DNA from: Octopus vulgaris
Lineage: Eukaryota
Assembly (NCBI GenBank): GCA_951406725.2
Contig: OX597816.1
Coordinates: 106,020,001-106,084,000, forward strand
Direction of reading: 5' to 3'
DNA: 64,000 bases
Below the pieces are notes generated by a model, which saw only the letters and a program-made list of their open reading frames with translations, was not told where the DNA came from and did no database searches. This document shows positions 28,650-41,572 of this stretch, in pieces (position 1 is the stretch's first letter; each line of letters begins with the position of its first letter). The position numbers and the translations under genes are program-made.

Positions 28650-28982
28650 ATTTGCCATCAAGATGTAGGAGAATATACTGCAATAGCCTGGGCTTCAGAG
28701 GACAGCAACTCTTCAATATCCTCCCAAAGGACCTCAGAAACCTGCATGGGGTGAATGTAGGTGTCTTCTAAATAAATCTGAACCTTTTCCTGTCAAGTGT
28801 GTCAGATGAACCAACTTTGCGGCAGGAGGTGCAGATGAGGGCAGCTGCATCAAACTTATGCACCAAATGTCAATTCCTAAAAAGCATTCGTGAAGTAAAT
28901 TTATAGAGTAACACCAAATGGCGGTGCCCCAGCATGGCCATGGCTCGTGAGCTGAAACTAGATAAAATTTTAAAGATAAAAA
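28650..28982 (+). mobile_element. CR1-like LINE 3' end
   Basis: YCNSLGFRGQQLFNILPKDLRNL...FLSSVSDEPT...RAAASN, typical of CR1-type ORF2 C-termini; 3' UTR GGCGGTGCCCCAGCATGGCC...CTGAAACTAGA. Confidence 0.7.
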
Positions 28983-29279
28983 TATGTATAAGTATTTATA
29001 TATATATTATAAATACTACTGACTGTGTGTGTGCATGTATGTATGTAGGTATGTATGTATATGTGCATGTATGTGTGTGTGTATGTATGTATACGTGTGT
29101 GTGTGTGTGTGTGTGTGTGATGTATGTTGGACATTACCATAATCAACTGTCAACATCATGACTTCAGCACAGCAGTATTACTCCCTCCAGCTGCACCAAA
29201 CATCATGAAGCTGGCTAAGAATAACTGTGAACTCACAAAAACATGGCTGTTTTGCAGCAGCTTTACAAATAAACAATAC

Positions 29280-29321
<42 letters not shown>

Positions 29322-29322
29322 C

Positions 29323-29353
<31 letters not shown>

Positions 29354-29784
29354 CTCTATCTATCTATCTATCTATCTATCTATCAACATACACACACTTA
29401 TGTATATATACATACATACATACATATGTATATGTATACATGCACACACGCACACACACACACATGTAAACACATAAATACATACATATGTGTATGTGTG
29501 TATGTATACGCATACAAGTCTAATGTTAACAAGTGCAAAATTAGAAAAAAATAATGAAGGTTGTGTTATGTGACAACCAACCTGCAATGATGACATTCAC
29601 AGCAGACGGATGTTATATTTGTCAGTTCTTTTTTCTTTTTCCAAGCTCTCTTAAGAAGTGTTGTTTTTAAGTTATCTGTGATGTTGACAATTGTTAATGG
29701 GAATGCCTGACATACATGTTTATAGCTATATTGTTTTGCCATGCAAATAAGTCTTGTACGTGTGTGTGTGTGTGTGTGTGTGTG

Positions 29785-29819
<35 letters not shown>

Positions 29820-29821
<2 letters not shown>

Positions 29822-29934
29822 TATGGCCTAGTCACCCATATTGTAAACCAGGTACTTCACAAAGGAGTCATAACTAATGACTGGCGTAGCAGCACCATAG
29901 TCAACTGCTACAAAGGTAAAGGTGATGCTTTAGA
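29820..29934 (+). mobile_element. Short RTE RT fragment
   Basis: YGLVTHIVNQV...NDWRSSTIVNCYKGKGDALD, near-identical to the 11324-11722 ORF. Confidence 0.85.
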
Positions 29935-30038
29935 TAGCCCTAGGCAGCATCAACACTTCCTGTCGGCCTTGACACATTTACTGTGTCTTTATGTTTACAA
30001 AGGGGAGACAACGACCCCCATCCATCTAAACCTGTATT

Positions 30039-30077
30039 CAGAGACATGTTTCTGAGTCTTTGCTCATCATCAGTCTG
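30039..30077 (-). ncRNA. Minimal type-I hammerhead ribozyme, intact core
   Basis: CAGA-CTGATGA-TGAG-CAAAGA-CTCA-GAAA-CATG-TC-TCTG; stem I CAGA/TCTG, stem II TGAG/CTCA, palindromic stem III ACATGT, GUC cleavage triplet. Confidence 0.85.
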
Positions 30078-30180
30078 GAGTAGCATGGCCTGCTAGCTGA
30101 AGATACCTGTCTAGACTTTGTAAACATATATAATTTACAAAGTCTAGACAGGTATCTTCAGCTAGCAAACCATGCTACAC

Positions 30181-30219
30181 CAGACTGATGACGAGCAAAG
30201 ACTCAGAAACATGTCTCTG
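30181..30219 (+). ncRNA. Minimal type-I hammerhead ribozyme (partner copy)
   Basis: CAGA-CTGATGA-CGAG-CAAAGA-CTCA-GAAA-CATG-TC-TCTG; predicted cut after 30215; C-A mismatch at the base of stem II. Confidence 0.8.
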
Positions 30220-30479
30220 AATACAGGTTTAGATGGATGGGGGTGCTTGTCTCCCCTTTGTAAACATAAGGACACAGGAAATGTGTCAAGGCCGACAGGA
30301 AGCGTTGATGCTTCCTAGGGCTAAATAGCGGTGGATACCCTTTATGGGACTGTCACGTTAAGTTGACAGTATACAACTCCTCTATCATTCCACCACTGCT
30401 TATATCTCTCTGAGATATTTAGAAATTTAATATTTCTATTTTTTATATATATATATATATATATTTATATTTTTATCTC

Positions 30480-30725
30480 ATCATTATCATTATCATCATT
30501 AACAGCCGCTTTCCATGCTAACATGTGTTGGACGATTTGACTGAGGACTGGCAAACCAGATGGCTGCACCAGGCTTCAATCTTGATCTGACAGAGTTTCT
30601 ACAGCTGGATACCCTTGCTAATGCCAGACACTCTGAGAATGTAGTGGGTGCTTTTACATGCCACCGGCACGAGGGCCAGTCAAACAGTACTGGCAACGGC
30701 CACATTCAAATAGTGTTTTTTACGT
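30480..30725 (-). mobile_element. RTE-tail repeat
   Basis: Homologous to 17148-17515. Confidence 0.75.
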
Positions 30726-31552
30726 AGTTGCTTTAATCATTTTCTTTTCCTCTACCTTCTTTTCCTTCTTTTCCCTCCTTCTCATTTGAAATTTCACCAA
30801 GACCTTCACTATTCTCTGCACTTTTTAATTAGCTGGCTCTCCCTTAATTAAAGCTAATATTCAATTAATACTACGTTAATTAATCAAAGAACATAAATCA
30901 AGATGAATAAAGTATATGAATAAATAACACTGGAATTTATTAAACATGTCACCCCTTAGTGTACAAAACAATATAACACAATATAACCATTCACATCTGT
31001 TTTAAAATGTGTTCTGATAGGGACAAATGTCATGCTTATTGCCTGCTACCTGCTGGCATACAAGACTGTTTTGCCAGAACCAGCCTTTATGAGCAAGACT
31101 GCTAAGTTTAATGACATCTTTAGGATAGAAATGCTTTTAACTATTCTTTAATTTACAATCCTATTCTGCTATCCACCCATTGATTGATAGATTGTAGTCC
31201 AATATTTCTTAAATGCTGGTAATTCTGATTAGAAATTTCACATGATAATATGTTGATGAATCAACATGTTTCTGCTCATTTTTTTATATTTGATAAGCCT
31301 GATAAGTTGTGAGTTGCATAATGTATTACATAACTGTATTGATATCATGCATATATCATACTTGACTACACCATGTTACATCACAATAAAAACTCTTAAT
31401 GAAACAATTGTAGCAATACCAGATAACCCATTCATCCATTTTTATGGTGTGTGTGTGTGTGTGTGTCTGTGTGTGCACGCACACACATGTGCATGTGTAT
31501 GTTTGTATGTGTGTGCAAGCAAGGAAAAGTGCATGTTAAAACAATGATAGTG

Positions 31553-31608
<56 letters not shown>

Positions 31609-34600
31609 CATATATTTGTTATTTCACTTAGGCATAGCGATACTCATAACATAGTGAACAGAAACAGCTGTAAGCTAGTGAGGTTCATTACATTTCATAT
31701 ATATATGATAAGAGAGAGAGATTGATCCTTTGCAGTTTATTATAAGCAGTAATCTTTCTTACCTTCTAGGTGGTGATGCCTATAGAGGTGAGCAGTTATA
31801 TAATTGATGGAGTAACCAATCTATAATGGTCTACTTTTAAAGAAAGCAGTTTTACAAAGTCAATCAGCCTGCTAGAACAACCATATCTCTTGCTCAAAAT
31901 CCACCTGGCAACTTCAAATTAATACAACAATATGGTTCTAGATGCACTATGTCTGTAAAAATAAATGAGATATTCGTAGGCAGAAATGTCTTTGACCATA
32001 AGTCTGCTGGATCAGATATTGATGTGGAGCTAAATAACAACAACACACTGCAGTTGTACCATATTTTCATATTTGCTCCAAGTCCTCCAACTGAATCTGA
32101 TTCATTTGTGTATATTCTTAGTATTTCCCTCCAACTGAGTTCAGTGAAGATGAATTTGAAATGGTGTCCATCCATAATGAAAAATTAATGTATCTTTATA
32201 TTACATAACTTCAGAAGAATTTGCTTCAGGGTCTAGATTGGTTGGGCTGCATGAGCCTGAATGTTTGGTTTGACATGCCTTTATGTGAATTGAGAATTGG
32301 AGAGCTTTTCCCAGATTAACTTCAACTATCCAATTATTAGAACTGTGAGACAACTTCACTGACAAATGAAATTCCCCATCTTTGTGAAGCATGATTGGAT
32401 CCAATCTAACATTAACATCCCACATGGTGATAGTAAGTCATTGATTATTTATTATATGAGACAAGATTTTCAAAACTGTATTCTGATAAGTTTAAGAAAG
32501 TAGATAAATGTTACTCATAGAGAGAACCTGCTGTAATTCAGCTTTCAATTTATACCTAAAGCATATTTTTACATCAAAGGTTATGTCACCACAAAAGCTT
32601 GAGATTACCTAGAAAAGGAAACTTATTGATGTATGAAAAAGGAAAGCACAAACTGATATTTTCCATCATTTCAGAAAAGGATCTCAAAGAGCTTTTTAAC
32701 TACACCATAATCCAGTTCCTTGCTTAATTTTTTACTCTTTTTTAAAGTGAGGCATTTCTCATTTACAAGTTCCCATCTGCCCTAATTTACAATGAACAAT
32801 AGAGTTGTTGGTTACAAGTTTCCAATGGTTCCCTACATTTCTTATATGAAGAGTGATATGGCAGTGTCTAAACTAATGCAAAGGACTTCATTCATAAATC
32901 ACTATTCTGGGTTGTTTCTTACTAATACTTATATCTTAAATTGAAATATTTTCAGATGTTTTTTTAAAGCTTCTTTTCAACAAATTTCTGTCTAAAAATG
33001 GCAAAAACTAAGAGATATTCTCACAAGAACTTCATTCTAAAAAAAAAAGTGTTTCCAATTGGATGAGTTTCTTAACTAATCCAATTGGAAACTCAATTTG
33101 TTTTTAGAATAAATAGAAAAAGGTGAACATAATGTAGAAACATTTATATTAAATGATGTGAAGAAGTTTTGCTAAATAACTAAAGAATAACAGATACATT
33201 ACTTTCTTTCATCAAGGTCCAAGACCCTAAATTTTAAAGAAGAGAAAATGGGGCATTTTCATTTATATGCTTCTTTTTCTTATTTGATAGGAATTGAGTC
33301 TGTATTACAGATTTGACTCAATAGGCACTTACCACTTACTCCACAAAAATCAACATAGAAGATAAAAAATATTCATCCCAAATTGAAAATCAGTATTTGA
33401 TTTGAATCTACTGTTGTGAGTTGCAACTCACATATTATCAAGTCATGTGAGTTGCAACTCACATGATATTATCAAGTCATAATATCCCTGCACAGGATGA
33501 AAATTAGAATTAAAACTTGTAAATGTTTCTACTCTGCTTCTTTCTCTCATTTTCACAATTGTAGTGGCATACCATCTTTGCCTAACTTACTTGATGTGGT
33601 TGGATTACATTCATCACAAACATCCTTCTTCACTTTACTACAATGTGTGCTTCATCTAAACACTTTTCCCCAGAGAGTGCTGCTTTTATAATCTCAAGAA
33701 CAAGTAAATCATACTACTTATTGTTTATTCCCAAGAAGTATATATATTTGTTTCAAATCATCATTGTTTGGCAATACAGGTAAAAATATTGCCAAGATCT
33801 GGCTCACAACCTACTGTATCACTCTCATTCTATTTTTAATTAGCTATAGTTAATTAAAATTTTGGGTTGTCTCTGCCTCACTTGACCATGATTATTTCTC
33901 CTCATCACATGAGTAATTTTAATTACAATTTCTTCATTTACTACACCATTTTAGGATTGATTTTACTATTTCTCATTATTCAGTGAAGGCAATTTTTCAG
34001 AAAAGATATGCTAGATAATGAAATTCTGTTTTATTCAATGTTGAAAGGATAAATTTATTGAGACAAAACATAGCATTCTACCATCTAATAAAAGGGAGCT
34101 ATACAAACAAGATTAGAAACTAGCATCCACAATACATGATGTAAATGACCTTGTCTGTTGATATATTGATAATTTGTTTTCAGATTATAAGGCAACATTC
34201 TAAAAGATGTTTGTAATTTTCCAAGTGACAGAGCATTTTTTTCTCCCAATAATGTTTAGATTTTAATAAGAGATTGGTTGCTGTTCATTAGTCATTACAT
34301 ACAACCTGTAATTGGAACCAGATTCCAAATCCAATGTCAAAGTGGAATGAGATAATTAAAGGCCTGTATATTAGAATGGTTTCTCCAGATTCAAGCTAAC
34401 AAACCACTTGTCAGTTCTAAGGAACTACCACTTTATTACAGTGTCAAGTTGCTCCTACCCTTTAATAATATTCATTTATTGCAAAGTAAACTGGGCTGTT
34501 TAAAAATTAAATGTGTTGGTCATGGATACAATGCAGTTACTGGTAATACAGATACAAAAAGCCAACTTTTCAGTTGTTTCCCTGATACCTAATCCACTTG

Positions 34601-35034
34601 GTTATCCATGTTCTCATTAATATCAGTCCTTTGGAATTCCTTATCACCTATCTTTTTCTAGCAGCTACCAATTTGCAACTACTCAAGAGGAGTGTAAATT
34701 GTATCAGTCCCACCACACACAGAGATGCATGAAAATCCGTGAGTACAACTCTTTTCTTTTGACCAAATCAATTAAAAGAATTTTAAAAAATAATAAATAT
34801 ATGAGTACTCATCTTTCTTGCTTGTTCAGTACAGAAAGATGTCATTAATCTACACCAGCATATAACTCTTTAACTGGGGTTATCCAAAGAGATACTGCCA
34901 CAAAAGCCTATCATTTTAACTATTATCTTTGATATATGTAATTTGAAAAAGTGATTATTTAACTTCTAATTAAATGATGAATTTAAAAATACATTGAGAA
35001 TTTGGATTGAGTAGAGTCAAGTATATGGTTTTTC

Positions 35035-36240
35035 CAAACCTGGGCACCACACCGTTAATCCATTAATTATTAATTAATGAAGTTAGCATTTTAAGTTAAC
35101 TTTGGAAATCATTATCAAACTAATTAACTTCTGTTAACTGAAGTCCATTTGAGTTAACTTCCATTAGCTCAAATTGCTGCGATGATCTTTAGGCTCAAGG
35201 ACTTCAGGTCCAAAGGCCTCGTCCACTGTGGCCCATTGATCGACGCACTTTTGGCAGGCATTGACAAAAGGTTTAGGACCCTCCTGGAGGATGAGGAATG
35301 CCAGCGCTGGCTGCTGCCTTCCACCCCAGGTTTCACCTCATCTGGTTGGATAAGTATGACAACATCAAGGTCGCCAAGGTGAGGAAAAGCATGAAGGGTA
35401 AGGTCAAGGAGGCTATGAGACAGCAGTCTGACAAAATGAGCAGCAACAGTGGAGGTAGTAACAATGAAAAGGAGGAAGATGACTTCTTCAGTGGTATCAC
35501 CCAGCCAAAAGAGAGCAGCAGGAGACACAGTCACTTAAGAGCAAGGCCCAGAATTTGGTTAAGACCTAGCTGGAGACCAACTCCAAGCACTTGCTGATAG
35601 ATGCTGATCATCAAGTTCAACACAACCATCCCCTCCAGTGCTGCAGTGGAGCATTTGTTCTCTATGGGCAAGGACATCTTGAGGGCCAAGAGATCATCCC
35701 TGTCTGACAGAAACTTTGACATGCTAATTTTCATGGAGGGCAACATGCATCTCATGAACAAAATGAAGAACAAGAAGACAAAAAATGAAATTATGTATAT
35801 ATTGTGTTTTTCATTTTTTATTTTTTTTTTACAGCCACTCTATCAATAAACTTTTTTAGTTTAATATTAATATTGTGTTTCATTTGAGTTTTTTTTTAAC
35901 CCTTTTCTGGCTCTAAAAGCCTTTAAAAATCTAAAAAAGGGTCCATACTATGAAATCAGCCTTTTTTAGGTCTTTTAAAAGTTAAAGCAATAAAATCAGC
36001 ATTTTATAACTTTAAAGCAAAAAAAACTATAGTTTTTGGGTTCTAAAATCCTTAAAAAGGCCAAAAAGGGCTGATTTTATAGTTTTGGCACTTTTGATGG
36101 TGTTTTTTTGGTGGTTTTAGAGTAAAAACTGATTTTAGGTTTTTTCTATGATAAAAATTAACATTAATGGTTTATTGATAATTTCCGTTACATTTTTATA
36201 GAATTACCTGATTAACAGTTATCAATTCATTATCAATGAT
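35035..36240 (+). mobile_element. Deleted hAT transposon retaining the transposase C-terminus (~35165-35780)
   Basis: LAAAFHPRF...KFNTTIPSSAAVEHLFSMGKDILRAKRSSLSDRNFDMLIF, the hAT dimerisation domain; ends approximate. Confidence 0.8.
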
Positions 36241-36436
36241 AAACTATCATAAATGATGTAGATTATTCAAAAAGTCATTAAATAAGTCATCTTTATCATC
36301 AGTAAAATGCAATATACAGATATTTCAAATGTTAATGTCATTCATTGTTAGGTATGGAAGGGAGATACTTTTCCCTTTTGTGTGGTTGAAAATGAGTGGT
36401 ATTGACAATTCATAATGTTCCCCTTTCCAGTATCTA

Positions 36437-36478
36437 GTGTTGAAGAGGAGATAACCATTCTGAAATGCATGCATCCAT
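36437..36478 (+). ncRNA. Type-I HHR, decayed (unit 1)
   Basis: GTG-TTGAAGA-GGAG-ATAACCA-TTCT-GAAA-TGCATGCA-TC-CAT. Confidence 0.65.
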
Positions 36479-36773
36479 CAGATTGATAAGAGAGCAGTTC
36501 AAACTAATTTGGTGTGTTTATACCTATTTGTCTACAATGAGGAATTTTCTCCATGACAAAATACAGAGAATGGCTTTCATATGGATTCAAATATTCCTCA
36601 AGCATATTTGAACTGGTAACAAGTTTGTATTTATATGCATCACTGGTCAGCATTTCTATTCTGTATTATATTTATGGTGAGCCACTGATTAGGGCAACAA
36701 GTCACAGTATGATGACTCGAATATGATAAGAGATATTTAACTCTTATCAATTCATAGAGTTCCTTTTTCTGAT

Positions 36774-36815
36774 ATGCTGATGAGGAGATAACCACTCTTA
36801 AATGCATGCATCCGT
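36774..36815 (+). ncRNA. Type-I HHR, decayed (unit 2)
   Basis: ATG-CTGATGA-GGAG-ATAACCA-CTCT-TAAA-TGCATGCA-TC-CGT. Confidence 0.65.
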
Positions 36816-38099
36816 CAGTCTGGTTAGAGGGCGCTTCAAACTGACTTTGCATGTTTACACCTATTTCTTTATACTAAGAAATTTTCTCTATGATAAAATA
36901 CAGTTAATGGCTTTCTATCACAGGTTTGAATATGCACCAAGCATATTTGAACTGGTTACAAGTTTGTGTTTTGACAGTGTTATATAGCAAATTCCAAACA
37001 GCGTCCCTCTTTAGTGTCAAGTGTTTATCACTTGAAACATTGCTACATCATATTTTATTACTAACAAAAATTAAAAGTGATTAGCTTTAAAAATAAGAAA
37101 ATTCACTTTCCAGTTTTGTTCACTAAACACCAAGACTGGCAAATAAGTTGTTGTCTATTGTGAAGAATACAGTAACTATTTCAAACTTAATGATATTTGA
37201 ATATATCCTGAATATTAAAGGTGTGTAACCTGAAAGTTCATTTATAATTTATCAAAGAAAATTACTGTTAACCCACCATATACAGTGTACTAAAAAAATA
37301 TAAAACACTGAGAATTATTGAGAGATAAAATCAGACATCTTGGGATGCATGGGCCTAATGAATGCTAATAATAATATGGGTGTTTATCAAAGTTAAGTCC
37401 ATTTGTTTTTTGCTTTTTTTTTTTGTATGCTTAACAGCAACAACATCAACAAGCATTTTAAGGTCATTTTTTTGTTATAGTGAGGGTTAGCCAAGCAGCT
37501 CACAAGAATCTTTTCCATTGTGCCCTATTGTATGCACACCTTACCAATTTCCTTGCTCTCAATTCCTTTTCCACCATCTTTAGCCTCATCTTTGTCAGTT
37601 TTTCTCTTCTGTTATTTCCTTCCACATTTCTTTCATTTCTCTCACCTGATCTTCTTCACCATTCCTCAGTGCATGACCTAGCTTTCTCATACCATTTCAC
37701 TGCAGATCCATTGCTAGTTCCTATTACTCTCTCTGTAATCCTTTGTTCACTTCTCTCTCAGCAATATTCTGTCCATCCACTGAACCATTATCATTTCCTT
37801 TCTTTCCAGCCTTCTCTTTCTCTGTTCCATGTCCATTACTCATGTTTTCCTCTCATAAATCATAGCACTTATTAGACATGCAGAATGCAGTTCCCCTTTA
37901 ATTTATTCATGTATGAATATGTATGAAATATAAATAATCTAAAATTATCTGAAATATAATAATGCAAAAGTCTGAAGACTGAGTGGGTTTGCTTTTATTT
38001 AGCTAATTCCCTTTGTGGTACTTAAATTTATTACTCAAATAATTACACTTATATACTTTTAAGAAATTTATTTTATGATGTATTACACAAAATATGCAT

Positions 38100-40480
38100 G
38101 AAACAATTATGTAAAAATGATTCAAAATTAAGTAAATATTTATCAGACTCAACTTATTTTTATTATGTAAAACTCTACACCATTTGGGGGTCATTTTGTA
38201 TTAACTTTGGACTTCATTTTTAGACTATACTTTTGACAATGCAAATACATCAATATCATTACATTTTCTGATTTCAGTTTCTTCATGTTCAGTGTTCAGT
38301 GGTAAGCTTAAAGTTTCTTCATGTTCAATGGTAAGTTTCAGTTTCTTCATTTTCAATGGTAAGCTTGGTTCATTGAAACTTTGAAATATTGCAATAGTGA
38401 ACATTGTCTTCAAATTTGGAAAAGCAGAACAATAAACTCATCTTAAAAATCTGTATATTTCAGTGACTTTCTAAAAGTAACTTATAATCCAAAATTACTT
38501 TGTAATTCTTAAATCTATCAAGATGAATGCTATAAACTTGTCCAAGATTAAGACTTTTCTTTCAGTTATTTTTACATTAGAAAATGTGTTGCTTTCTATT
38601 CAATCAAATATTAATTCTCTAGCATATAAAAGAAATCTAAATTTTTAATCCCAATCTTTCTTGCATTTCATTATGGAGACTATCAATGGATGTTTTCATT
38701 ATTTTCATCATTTCTTCTTTTGTAGTTAACCTGTCATTCTTGGCTCTTGCATCCAGCATTTGTTCCATTTTCCTTGAACATCCTTGAATATCTTATTCAT
38801 CACATAGCTTTGATCAAATACGATTTAGCTCCTACTTTACACCACTTTTTGTATCTAAAGTTTGAATCTGATGATCAGTTTACTTTGCAAATAGTTTCAC
38901 TATGTTATCAAAGTGCCTACGCACTGGTTTTACCATCTCTCTGTTCTAGAACTTTACCAAGTTTCAGATTCAGATTTGGTATTATTGGTATGACAACTTT
39001 CGATTTTTGTCAATGCAAAGTTTATCTAGAAAAGAATGATTAAAATGACTGAATTGCACTTCATAAGTTACCATCAATACATCATAGCCAGCAATATGCA
39101 TCCCAAACTGAAAAAAATATGATTATCGCAGTTTAAAATATAATTTAGCAATTTTTTTGTTAATTCTATTCTGAACTCCACTTTTGGAGCTAGCCATAAC
39201 TGCTGCATGATCAATAGAGCTGAGATGGACAGTTTTTTAATGGCATTCTGTCTTTCACAAGTTGTTCCAGAATTAGTTCTACCATGTTTTTAGCATCCTT
39301 TCTCATTTGATAAATTCGAAAAGAATCTGTTTTGCAGAAAATATTTTCTCCTTAAAATCAATACCAACATAATGGTCTGTTTCCACAACTTGTTCTCAAT
39401 GTGCTTGATCTGGAGTAGAAACAAATAGGAAGCCAAAATATGTGGCCTTATGAATACTGTCTAACTATTTCTAGTGAACAGTAGAAGCCATCAGTTGAAT
39501 GCATTCATTCTGCATTAATAGAGATAAAATATGATATTCTTCCTGAGTTCTTTTCCACATTACCGATATTTTCTTTCATAACAGGATGAAAGTGTGCCAC
39601 CAATTTTAATAACCCCAACAAAATTTTCAAAATTGCTTCTTTCTTCCTGCACATGAAATCTCTTGTCACCTTGTCATTACACAATGCAATGCTTTGAGTT
39701 CCTAAAATTTTTTGCAATAGAGAATTCAGTTGAGAACATTTCACCATTTCTATTTTTCTGATTCCCTACATCAATAATTTCCCAATTTTCTGGAAGATTT
39801 CTTTACATTTCCTTCTGTTGGGTAAAATAACTATTGATGTTTTTGGCTTTTCATGTTTGCTAAGCCTTTCTGGTGCATTTCAATGAAATCTATACTCTTG
39901 TTCTAATGATGGCTGATTGCTATTTCATGAAAATTGCAAACAACAGAAGTCAAGAGTTGCTTTCTTCTCTAGAAAATAAACAAGCCATGAACATCAATCT
40001 TCTCTGCATCTTTTTCCAAGCATTCCTTTTAATCGTCTTTCATTCATTGATCAATTGAGCAAGGAAACAAATGTTGCTTTACCATTTTGAAAATACTTTT
40101 CACTCAATGTAACTATTTCTTTCTTAGAGAATGTGATGAAACAACTTTTTTTATATTTCATTAAGCTCTAAGAACCCTGTGACATGATACTGAATGCACG
40201 TGATATAAGCAGTGCTATATTTTCTTTTTTCATTTCAATTTTTTAGTATCTTCAACTCCTTTGAACAGCACTTCTGATTTTTGTTAGACAATTCTCCTTC
40301 TAATATACTGGTGAGTTGATCTACATCCATTTTTGATACAGTTGTTGATAATGATAGACTACATTATTCAAGAAATTATATAATAAAGGGACTTGAGATT
40401 TTAACCTTTGTTTCAAGCAGTTTTTATTTCTTCCTGAATTCCATCTCAGTCAATTTCCTCTTCATTTTCTGCAAAGTTCA
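38100..40480 (-). mobile_element. Highly decayed hAT transposase (ZMYM/TTF-zinc-finger type)
   Basis: Minus-strand fragments FVSTPDQAH*EQ, LLKLVAHFHPVMKE and similar, resembling hAT catalytic-domain motifs; many stops; boundaries approximate. Confidence 0.55.
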
Positions 40481-41344
40481 ATTCATGATCATACTGTGTG
40501 TGCGTGTGTGTGTGTGTGTGTGCACATGCACATGCATGTTTGTGTGTGCAAGTGTGTTTGCATGTGAGTGTGCATGTTTGTGTGCATGCATGTGTGGGTA
40601 CATGGGTGTGTGTGTGTGTGCGTGTGTGTGTGTGTGCATGTATGTATTGTACTACAAATATAACTCACATTTGAAATACAACACACACATAAGTTCTCCC
40701 TCTCCTAAGTGGACCAGCAAATTATCATCCCACATGCCTGCCTCCCTCTTTCTCTTGTAGCCTGCCCAAACTACACATTATCTTCCTCTCATCCTTCTCT
40801 TCTCAGCCCAATCTTTACAGATGCTGCCTATCTCCCCTCACCTCTCCTATTTCCCCAATCTCTTGTCCCCATTCTTGCAAATTTCCACCCACTCACACTT
40901 CCAGTTTCTCAGACCCTACTCACTTCTACTCACTTTGTACTATGAGGTGCTAACTAGATACTTCATCACCATTAGTTATCTCTTCACAGCTACTCTCAGT
41001 TCAGCCTCACTCTCTCCTCTAAATGGGGGTAACCATGTTGCTCTTCTGCAACAAGAATCTTCTCTGCCCCACCTCATATCTTAACCTTCATCTCCTAAGA
41101 TAAAGCCAACACTCCACAAGGTTGTCATAAACTTGCAAGCAGCATGGTAACTTCACTAGCACTAGTGGCAAGAAAAGAAGCACCCAGTATGCACTGTAAA
41201 ATGGTTGGTGTTTAAAAGGGCATCCAACCATAAAAAAACAAGCTAAAGCAGACCCTAGAACACATAGTATTCATTGAACCCTTCAGATCCTCAAACCATT
41301 CAATCTATTCCAGCATAGAACATGGATGTTATGAGGATGTACAC

Positions 41345-41398
41345 ATGTCAACACCAGTTGTCAAGTGATGGTGGGAACAAACACAGATACAAACATAT

Positions 41399-41448
<50 letters not shown>

Positions 41449-41572
41449 CAGGTTTCTATACCAAAGTCACTCACAAGACATTGGTCAGCCCAAGGCTATA
41501 ATCAAACACATTTGTCTAAGATGCTATGCAGTGGGACTGAACTGAAATCACATGGTTGCAAAGCGAATATCT
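41345..41572 (-). mobile_element. SINE family A fragment
   Basis: GTTGTCAAGTGATGGTGGG...GTGGGACTGAACT. Confidence 0.6.

Larger units (their letters stand above)
29935..30323. repeat. Long palindrome: 190-bp arms, 9-nt spacer, ~10 mismatches; PLE pLTR-like
   Basis: Arms 29935-30124 and 30134-30323 are reverse complements; each carries an HHR. Confidence 0.95.
36406..36975 (+). repeat. Diverged tandem repeat, 337-bp period, one HHR per unit (retrozyme or pLTR-like)
   Basis: GAGGAGATAACCA and AAATGCATGCATCC, plus GCATATTTGAACTGGT.ACAAGTTTGT, occur twice at ~337-bp spacing. Confidence 0.85.

Noticed and set aside
31894-32425. Moderate-complexity ORFs on both strands
   Set aside because: No recognisable homology or splice structure; partly overlap a decayed repeat
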